A program made the translations under genes and the position numbers. A DNA stretch of 64,000 nucleotides from the human T2T-CHM13v2.0 reference genome, Homo sapiens. Below the pieces are notes generated by a model, which was given only the letters and a program-made list of their open reading frames with translations, had not been told where the DNA came from and searched no databases. Positions 53,949-64,000 of this stretch are shown here, one piece after another; position 1 is the stretch's first letter; each line of letters opens with the position of its first letter. The stretch is from assembly GCF_009914755.1 (NCBI RefSeq), contig NC_060926.1; one strand, given 5' to 3'.

Positions 53949-56752
53949 CTAAAGTTGTTTATTATGGCATCTCCAATGACATCCATCACATCAGGTGCAA
54001 AGAGTCAGATTTGCATATGTCTCACTGATTATCTAAAGGAATTTTTCTCCCCCTCCTCCATCTCCTGCTCAGTTGTGTATCTATTTCCTTTCCTTCAAGT
54101 AGGTCATGTATTGCCAGAAAGGTTAAATGTAAAAGTCAGCAGTATCTGGCAGAGACACATGTGGAGATGGAGATGTTCTATGCTGCTCTCAGACTGATTA
54201 AATAAAGGATGCCGAGGGAGTAGAATGAGGCTGGATGCACACTTTACTAAATGAAAGTAATGCATTAGAATGCAGCTTTAGGGTCTCATTTAAAAATATA
54301 ATTCAGGCACCAGCAGAAGCCTTTAAAATATCGACAGATGTCTTTATGCCACATTTCATGTAGAGGACAAAGTGGATTAAAAGACAAATGCGATCCGCAG
54401 AATGGTTCAGCTTCCCTTATAGTCCCTAGTGTTTTAATTTCTTTTACATGTATTTTATTTAAAGAGAATTTTTACACCTATTTTTTCATATGCTTTTGCA
54501 AAATTACTCAAAATCTACCTGAGATCATTTCAAACTATTAATTTCTGTATACATTTTTCATTTGCACTTCCTTTCATCCAGCATGTATTTAGAACTTACT
54601 ATTTGCAGACTGAAAAATGAAGACTATTACCTTCAGTGGGGAAAAATGGAAATATCTCAGGGAGGCTGATTGGAACTGACTTTCCTTTTTCAATATCACA
54701 GGCTTCGTCAAGGGGGTTACCCCGGGGGATCATTTCTCTTATAAACACTTGCATTTTCCTTTTCACGTTATGAGGAGGTGATGAAGGACAAAAGAGCTAT
54801 TGTTCTCTCACTTCTACTTTAATTTCCCCCAGTGGTGTTTTATCAGGTTCTGCATTTTGGAATCTGTTTTCCCTTTTCCTGATCCTCCTATTTTTTTGAG
54901 TCAGTAATGAGGAGTTCAAATGCCAAGCAAACTGCTGATGCAAGCAATGTGCTATCTGTTTGGAGATGAACTTGGAAGATTTATCAATTAGGGAGGCTTT
55001 TGCGATACTCAAGTGGAGAAATAGTTTCCAAAGCTACCTATTTTGTAAGACTGAGATAAAAGAAATGCCAGCCTCTTTACCGTAGAGTGTGATTCCAGCT
55101 GACCGAAGTGAAAAAGTCAGAAATGAGAATGCTGCTGACCTGAGAATTTAGGGGAATCACAACACCCCTTGGACCCATTACTTTTGACTGGTGATGAGAT
55201 TTTCTTTTTGAGAGGTTTACAGCAAGGGGCATCTTAAGGGATTTTGCCCCTAGACAAATCCGACTGGGCATGGCATTCATTAGAAATCTAAAACTGCTAT
55301 TCACATATTTAGGAGCCAGATAAAGCTAAAAATTCATTTTGTAAATGTATTTCCTCTTAAGCTCTAGTGTCTTACGTATAAGAAATATCCTTAAAAGTGA
55401 ATCAGCAAAGCTTCAAGAAAACCACTGAATCTAATTCTTAGCAAAATTTTGGTTCTATGTAGAAAAAGTATTTTTTATATGGTGTGTTATTTAATTTAAA
55501 AGATACAAATAAGTTAAAAACTAGAGCCAGCCTCACCATACAACTAGCTGTAAACTTAGGATGACCTGAAATATGGTCAGCTCTCTATTGTTTTCATTTT
55601 GAAGAGGCTCAGAAAAGAAAAGTGCTAGGACCACTGGAAGCCACGGAAGTAGAATCATACATCGTATCTCCTGGTCTCCCAATTCCTTCCCTCCACTGTG
55701 TTCAGACTTCATTATTGCTTGAGTTTTGTTTTTGTTTTTGATACCATCCAGGTATTCCTTGAAGTTTACTTGGGTCACAATAAGAGTGGTTGTTTGCTCC
55801 TTTTGAGCACATTTGGATCTCACATCCTTGATTTGGAGGTTATCTATACAAGTTTTAACACACATAAAATTTACACTTCGTTAAAGCAGAAAATATTTAT
55901 TTATTTTGTATAGATTTTGCCATCTGCAGGGGAGCATGTAATAAATATTTGATGTTCCTCAAATGGGCACACAAGAAATGCTTTGAAGATAAATTGGACT
56001 TGCCTTCTGAGATTTATTTAAAAATATATATCTGAGAATAAAGCTACTATGGAAGTGAGCAGACTTTTAATATTTCTTCTGGAAGCCTTAGTTTGGAGAC
56101 CACAACTTTTCATAAGGTTCTTGAATTTTTAGTGCTCAATGCTTCTACTCCGACTTTTGTGACATGTTAAGTCAGGCAATAAAGCAATCTGTGTTTCAGA
56201 TAAAGTTTCTTATTAATTTTTATGTAAATTAGGGGCCCACTACTTTGTTTATTAGCTCCTACTGCAAAAAAGAGGGTATATGTCTTTTTAAAAATGATAA
56301 ATTTCAATAGATCCGTCTGTCAAAGATGCAAAATAAATCTTCGTTTTCAAACTTCTGCTGCTGAGAGGGAGAGAATACCTCTTTTTTTAAAATGTGTTTT
56401 CATATTTGCATGGGAAAAACGAAACTTCAAGAATTAATGCAAGAAAAACAAGTATATAAAATGTGAAAAACAGAGACCTTTCGGTGGAACACGTTTGGGG
56501 TAGCGTTATGCACAGGACGGAGCAGGGGTCTGCTTGTAGAAGCCCTAAGCAAGCCTGACATTAATGAGCCACAGGATGTCAGAAGAAGAGGAGAAGGGTG
56601 AATTCATTCTTACAGATAGGCTAGAAGCCAAAAAAAAATTTGTAAGTTGTGGAGACTTTCCAATGTTTCTGTAAAATCAGGACCCGCAAAATTTCTTTTA
56701 CTTCTATTTTCTTTTACTCTTCTACATTAAAGTTGAAAATAGATGAAACAAC

Positions 56753-57255
56753 TGTTATGGGTTGAATTGCATCCCCTCCAAATGCATAAGCTGAAGTCCT
56801 AAGCCTCATAGCCTCTGATTGCGACCATAACAGGATCATTGCAGATGTAATTAGTTAAGATGAGGTCATACTGGAGTAGGGTGGGCCCCTAGTCCAATAA
56901 AATCGGTGTCCTTAGGAAAAAAGAAAAGAAAAACTCTGCACAAGACACGCACACGTGCACGCACACGTGCGCGCGCGCACGCTCACACACACACAGGGAG
57001 GATGGCATGTGAAAACGAAGGCTGAGATCAGGTTGAGGCTTCTACAAGCCAAGGAACACTAAGGATTGCCAGGAAACCACCAAGAGCTCGGAAGAGGCTT
57101 GGGACAGATTCTTCCTCACTGCCTTCAGAGGGAACCAACCCTGCCAACACCTTGATTTCAGACTTCCGGTCTGCAGAACTGTGAGGCAATAAATATGTGT
57201 TGTTTTTAAGCCAGCTGTTGGAGGTACTTTTTTACAGCAGCCTTGAAAACTAATA
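56753..57255 (+). mobile_element. MLT1B/C (MaLR) solo LTR
   Basis: tgttatgggttgaattg...agttaagatgaggtcatactggagtagggtgggcccct...cagcagccttgaaaactaata. Confidence 0.9.
56945..56995. repeat. Alternating purine-pyrimidine (CA/CG) microsatellite
   Basis: acacgcacacgtgcacgcacacgtgcgcgcgcgcacgctcacacacacaca. Confidence 0.9.
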
Positions 57256-58980
57256 TTACTCCTAAGAATTTTCATCATTTTGAATTTTTACTCTATGGCA
57301 TAATTTTTTTAAAAAACTAACAAAAACAGGTCTGGAAGAAGTCATGGGAAGGTTGAGGTATCCTGCTTAGCTGCATCTCACAGGACAAGGGAAAACAGAA
57401 TAACAGAGGCTGGATGGTGTGTAGGGCGTTTCAGCATTTCAGAGCATTGCACAAATGATAACTACTACACAGCTTCAATAGGGCTCCCTTTCTCCAGCTT
57501 TGGGGCAAGACAGATGAACGGGAAGCAAAATGGCTCCAAACCACAGAAAGAGACGTATGGATTAAAGTAGGCTATAGTTTCTTTATAGTGTTTCTACTTT
57601 TACTTCTTCCATTTGTGCCTGGAGGATGCAGGCCTCCTTCACCCAGCAGGTGAGGTTGCTTCTAGTGTTCTATGTGTTTCATCTGCACAGCAAACATAAT
57701 GTTGAATCACAACCCTTCTTGCTTCAGTTGGGGAATCTTCTCCATTCTTATGGAGTCCTGCCTATTCTACATCTAAGAATTCTCACCTATTGCACACACT
57801 TTTCTTTCTCTTTTTATGGGAAAGCTTTTCTTAACTTGCATTTCATAGCACTGTCCTTGACATGTGAAGAAAAATTTTTGGAGTTTAGAAACACTCTTTT
57901 ACCCCATTTTTTGGAACAAAGCCTGCCTTTCAATGAATCTTTTGTATTAGGTTATCTCTGCTCCTCTCCTAAATTAGTGAATGCCATTTATTCCATGAGT
58001 GGTGAAACTCAGGGCTAGAAATATCTATAAGAATTAAAAAAATGCACCAGAAGAGAGTTAAACAACATTATCCCCATTACATCATGTTTTCTTTTGCAGA
58101 GGAAAGTGAAAGGAATGGATACAGTATTGCCCTGGGAACCCTGCAAAGCTCAGGACAATTATAAACATGTGTGATCATTCTTGGGGGTTATTTGTTTGAA
58201 TTAGGTATTCCCTTATCAAACTGATGAGCCTAATGTGTGTGTAATCTCCCCACAGAGCCTGGGTCTCCCTGGAGGAAGGCACAGAGTTGCACAACCCACG
58301 AAGGGACCCTTAAAGCAATCGGGAGCTCCACCTGAGCCCAGGTATGGCAGGCTGACCTGTGACCTACCTCAGAGCCCAGAATGAAGGAGCCAAAAGCTAG
58401 CCAGCATTGAAACAGACACTGTGCCCTGCCTCTGGAGTCATGCAGGCCTACTTCCCTCATCCCCCCTTCCTGAGGGAGCCATGACAGAAGAAAGCCCAGA
58501 TGAGGAAACTCTCAGGACTGAATTTGCATTTTAGACTCGACCTCTGGGCAAAAGGACTCATGGGTTTCGAGAAAGTGTAAGAGGTGATCATATAGGTTCT
58601 CCGTGCTTGGCACCTGTGTCTAGGAGTATTTGAAAGAAATGTTTAAAGGCCACTGGTTACTGCTTAGTTTTTGTTACAGCAAACTTTGAAAGCCATGTGT
58701 AGAAGCCTGGAATATCATTAAAAATAGGTTACAATAAAATACAATTCTACTTGTTTCTGGGTCTTGAACTGTCCACATCAAGTATGGAAATAGACATATA
58801 GAAAGCCCTTCTTCTATTATTTCTGGCATATAATTCCAGCATTAAAGAGTTAATATCAACTTGTTACTCTCTCACAAATAAACAGAGAGATTGAGTGCAG
58901 TTCCAGGAAATGATTCTTCTATAGAATGGCCTTGGTTTGTTGTTGTTGTTGTAGTTGTTTTGTTTTGCTTTATTTTTCAG

Positions 58981-59019
58981 ATTGATTCCAAGTGTTGAAA
59001 GCCCAAAAAATTACTATAG
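58981..59019 (+). other. Candidate 39-nt spliced exon (transcript unknown)
   Basis: Long T-rich tract plus tttttcag acceptor and a perfect TAG|GTAAGT donor. Confidence 0.4.
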
Positions 59020-59289
59020 GTAAGTAAGAAAAAGAAAACACACCAGTTCTTTTTCATTTGGCTTATAAATATTGAAGTTGTTTTTCTTTATTTTTATTCC
59101 GTATTTATACATGTTCTGACTTGATTATATCTGCCTTATTTTCACAAAAGCAGCTTACAATTAAAGAACAAGTAGGATTAAAATCCATAGAGGCTGAGAA
59201 AGAGAAAGAGAAAGAAAAAGAAGAAAAGAGCAAGGAGAGAAAAAGATGATACAGAAATAGAGTATTGAGCTTCCTACCAACCATGACAC

Positions 59290-59346
59290 ATGCTATGTCA
59301 TTCTATGAATGCTGTTAATGACATAGCATAAATGACACAGCATTCA
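59290..59346. repeat. Interlocked inverted repeats (13 bp and 10 bp)
   Basis: 59290-59302 is the reverse complement of 59317-59329; 59306-59315 is the reverse complement of 59337-59346. Confidence 0.9.
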
Positions 59347-59713
59347 CTATTTAATAATAGAATTCATTCCATTTCATAGGAGAGCAAAATCATTTCCAGC
59401 CTCAAACTTCTGAGAAAAATACATCATATAAAACCTTTATGTATGTGACATTTGGAATATGATAGAACAAGTCTTCACTAATCATTCTTTACAAATGCAG
59501 AGAAATTTTATGGACTTGTTTTTTATTTCACTGGCTTCCGGGGTAAGCCAGTAGACAGTTTCAGTTCATAGTAATTCTTTAAGAAAATCCTGGTGCTGGG
59601 GCTGATGGCTGCAGAGACAGCGAAAGATATTGGTCCCAGGTATGTAGCTTTTTAAAAATTCGACTAAATTTATGGGAAAACCAAAACAAAGTAACAACAA
59701 CAAAAACCTCTAA

Positions 59714-60067
<354 letters not shown>

Positions 60068-60399
60068 TTAACAGAATTATTAGCTCATTTCTTTCAGATC
60101 CCAATTGTCTCAGATGGCTTTGTGGTAAGACCTCCCAGCAGGCCACTCAAATGACTGTCATCTGTGAGGACCAGAAGGGCAGACATTTTGTGTTACTGAC
60201 TGAAGAAAGATCAATATGCTCTACCAAGGTCAGAGAAAAGCATTCCTTCTTTTTGTGAAAAATGAAAGATTGTGACAGAAAATCTTCCTTGATGAAAGAT
60301 TTCCTCAGATTTGTGGTGAGAAGGAGCGGGGGTGTCTACAGACCGGGCTGGCATCTCCCGCCCCACATTAGAGCATCTGAATTAAAGGAGAGTGTGAAA

Positions 60400-61970
60400 A
60401 TGAGCACATGCCAACCCCAGAAGTAAAAGAAGTAGAGAAAAATACACCAAAAGAAAGTACGTAAGAATTAATAAAGACTGAAACTGAGATTATTCCACTA
60501 GAAAACATAGCAAACAAAAAGCCAATGCAACAACGAGTAAAAGTAGACATTATTTTTTAATGAAAAGTCTAATAAAAACAAGGAAAATGTAAGCACTGGG
60601 TAAAATCATTTATCAAAAACCAGGAGCAAATATTATATTAAAAGAATAATTGCTTAAAAAAGTTTTACTAAAATCAAGAAAAAATATAAGGATATCAATT
60701 ATTTAAAATGTTTTGATAGGGGATATGTGATATAATTAAAAAAATAAAATTAATGGTATATCTAAAATAAAGATATTATCCTTAATTGCAGATATTGCTA
60801 TATATTTAGAAAATAAAAGAACTTCAATTAAAATAGTTAGAACTGATAGATAATTTTCATATGCAGCAGGATATAGGAGATTTGTAGTAACATCTATCAA
60901 TTGTCAGAGAATGAAATGAAACAATAACTAATGGAATTCATCCATATAGTGACATAAATACAAAGTCCATAATATTAAATGCAAAAATAAATATGTAAAT
61001 CCCATGTGCAATAAACTATATTTTATGGAAAAATATTAAGAATCCAATTAAGAATCACAAGCCCTGTTCCAAGTTAAAATGTCAATTCTCCAAAATAAAT
61101 AATTAAACCCAGTAATATTTCTTTCTTACACTTAACAGGGGCATATTTGGGAGTTGGACAAATTGAATATAAAGTTTATATAAAAGAATAAATGTGTGAG
61201 GATTGCCAAGAACAATGTGAAATCTTTGCATAATTGAGGTGGTTTTGTCTTATCAGATATTAAAACATTCTAAGAAGTTACCATTATAACAAAATATGGC
61301 TATCCCAGAAGAACAAAACATAAGAATGATAAATATATCCAAGAATGCATGAAATTTAATCCATAGTGCATTTGGTATTGCAAATATGTAAGAAAAAAAC
61401 TGGGTTTCTCCCAAATTATGTTGAGAAAATGGAGCAAACATTTGGAGAAAAAATAAGTTTGATCACTACTTTACAGCATACATAAATTACAAAAAATAAA
61501 ATGTTCAAAAACTGCAAGCTTATTCAAAGTAATATGAGATTATTTTGAAGCATTTGTGGAGGAAGTCTTCCTAAGTATAATAAGAAAGCTTAAAGCTACT
61601 GAACAAATAATGACCAATTTAATATTTAAACATTCAAACTTCTATAAATCAAACATCACAGAAACTTAGTCAAAGAATAATCTACAGAGAAAGTATGTGT
61701 AACATATGTGACGAAGTTTTAGTATCACTAAAATATGTAAGTTCTTAAAATTTGTTTTAAAGACACAAACATAATTAGAAAAATATTGAGAAGATATGAA
61801 AAGTTGATTGATGAAAAAAAGAAGTCAAAAGGTCAATAAGTGGGAAAAGCAAGTTATACAATAGATTCAAGGCCATTATTTGCCCATAAATTGATAAATG
61901 GAAAAAATGATTGACAGCATCTAATGGGAGCATAAGAAATTCACATACATTGTAGATAGGAGTGTAAATA
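60400..61970 (+). mobile_element. Highly decayed ancient L1M ORF2 region
   Basis: A-rich with recognisable L1 blocks (ttgcagatattgctatatatttagaaaa; atgtcaattctccaaaataaat; tcagatattaaaacattcta). Confidence 0.65.
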
Positions 61971-62124
61971 TCCTCATATTCTCACTTCTCTCTTTCTCCA
62001 GCTTAGATTGATACAGCTTCAGATGCCCTAAGCTTTCATTATAATGCACCTGCAAAAGGCCTAATCCAAACCCCTGTGAAATTCAAATCTCTGCCTTCTC
62101 TATGGCTGCCCCTGAGCAGCTGGA

Positions 62125-62200
62125 TTTTACTGATGACACACACATGCACCCACACAGACACACTCATGCACATGTACACTCATGCACACATGCAACCACA
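62125..62200. repeat. Degenerate (CA)n-rich repeat
   Basis: acacacacatgcacccacacagacacactcatgcacatg. Confidence 0.75.
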
Positions 62201-62307
62201 GGCAGACAATTTGATGAATTCAGTTCTTGTTCTCTCTTCTCTGCCATCCTATTATTCTGACACACTGACTTCAGCACCCTTCTAAGACTTTCCTTTAACC
62301 TGTGAAA

Positions 62308-64000
62308 TTAACATGATCCAACTACATATAAATATGTTGCCTACAAGAAAAATCACCTTACCCATAAAGACACATATAGACTGAAAGTCGAGGGATGGCA
62401 GAAGATATTCCATGTATACAGAAACCAAAATTGAGCAGGAGTAGCTGTTTATATATCAGATAAAACAGACTTTATATCATAAACAGTGAAAAAAAGAAAA
62501 TAAAGAAGGTTATTATGTAATGATAAAGGGATTATTTAGCAAGAGGATATAACAAACCTAAATATATATGCACCCAAATGAGAGCACCCTGATTCACCAA
62601 ACAAAGGTTAGTATGCCTAAATAAAGAGATAGACAGCAATACAATAATAATGGGATATTTCAACATCCCACTCACAGCACTAGACATATCAGCAAAACAG
62701 AGAATTAACAAAGAAATATTGGATTTACATTGGACTTTAGAACAAATGGGCTTAATGAACATTTACAGAACATTCTACACAATAATTACAGAATATTCAT
62801 GCTTTGCATCAGCACATGGAACATTCTCAAAGACAGACCACATGTTACAGCACAAAGCAATTCTTAACAGATTCAAAAAAATCAAAATCATATCACATAT
62901 CTTCTCAGAACTCAGTGGAGCAATGCTAGAAATCAATACTAAGAGTAACTTTGGAAACTCTACAAATATATGGAAATTCAACATCATGGTCCTGAATGAT
63001 CAGTAGGTAAATGAAGAAATTAAAACAGAAATTACAAAAAATTTGAAGTGACTGCAAATGAAAGCACAACATACCAAAACCTGTGGGATAAATTAAAAGT
63101 AGCACTAAGAGGGAAGTTTACAGCATTAAGTACCTACATCAAAAAAAGGTAGAAGGATCACAAATTAGCAACCTAACATCATACCTCAAGGAATTAGAAA
63201 AACAAGAACAAACCAAAACCAAAGTTAGCAGAAGAAAAGAAATAACAAAGATCAGAGCAGAACTAAATGAAATAAAGACAAAAAAAAAAAACCCAAGGAA
63301 TGACCAAAACAAAAAATCAATTATTCCAAAAGATGAACAAAACTGATAAACCACTAGCTATATTAATTGAAAAAAGAAGAGAAAAATGCAAATAAACAGA
63401 ATCAGAAATAAAAAAGGAGATATTGCAAATGATAACACAGAAATAGAAAAAATTATCAGAAGCCCCGTACAGTAGCTCATGCCTGTAATCCCAGCACTTT
63501 GGGAGGCCAAGGCGGGCAAATAGCTCAAGCTCAGGAGTTCAAGACCAGCCTGCGCAACATGGCTAAACCCCATCTCTAAGAAAAATACAAAAAAAACCCC
63601 AAAATTAGCTGTGTGGTGATATGTGTAGCCCCAACTACTTGGGAGAATGAGGTGAGAGGACTGCTTGAGTGAGTGAGGGAGGTGGAGGTTACAGTGAGCC
63701 AAGATCATGCCACTGCACTCCGGCCTGGGTGACAAAGTGAGACCTTGTCTCAAAAAAAAAAAAAAAAAAAAAAAAAAAATTCAGAGATTATTCTAAATAA
63801 CTATACAGTAAAAAAACTAGAAAATTTAGAGGAAATGGATAAATTCCTGTAAACATTTCTTGATATTGAACCAGGAAGAAATATAACTCTTGAGAAGACC
63901 AATAATGAGTGATGAGATTGAATCAATAATAGAAAATTTCCTCCCTTCTCCCCAAAATAAAAGCCCAGGTCCAGGTGGATTCACAGTCAAGTTCTACCAA
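62308..64000 (+). mobile_element. L1 (L1PB/L1MA-type) ORF2 remnant, endonuclease region onward; continues past the window
   Basis: ORF 62650-63006 (GYFNIPLTALD...QRINKEILDL.WTLEQMGL.NIYRTF...SAHGTFSKTDH) matches the L1 ORF2 APE domain; stops and frameshifts. Confidence 0.93.
63461..63779 (+). mobile_element. AluJ SINE inserted in L1
   Basis: gctcaagctcaggagttc, gagaggactgcttgag; long A tail; L1 resumes afterwards. Confidence 0.92.

Noticed and set aside
62650-63006. L1 endonuclease ORF (and L1 ORF2 C-terminus at 43566-43802) as functional CDS
   Set aside because: Fragments of dead L1 copies bounded by stops and frameshifts

Overview
Primate genomic DNA, almost certainly human or great ape (AluJ/S/Y, THE1, MLT1, L1M/L1P, L2, MIR and MER elements). 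I could not recognise the locus and found no protein-coding gene, tRNA, rRNA, known ncRNA or CRISPR array. The supplied ORFs are short chance frames or come from Alu, L1, a minisatellite or the CpG island. The window reads as a gene desert or large intron. It contains one orphan CpG island (~12.3-13.1 kb) dense in developmental TF motifs, a good CTCF-like site (~9.0 kb), 14 Alus plus one Alu fragment, a long ancient L1 on the minus strand (40.4-47.7 kb) with nested insertions, and a 14-bp minisatellite (35.9-36.6 kb). The observations most worth checking are: about 27 plus-strand TGCATG (RBFOX) motifs in the minisatellite; a chain of plus-strand 27-39 nt candidate microexons; a 140-bp, 96%-identical local duplication inserted into an L2; interlocked inverted repeats with H-type pseudoknot topology at 59.3 kb; and two L2-derived segments that are unexpectedly CpG-rich. 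Repeat families and boundaries were assigned by eye and are approximate. No novel system can be established from the sequence alone.
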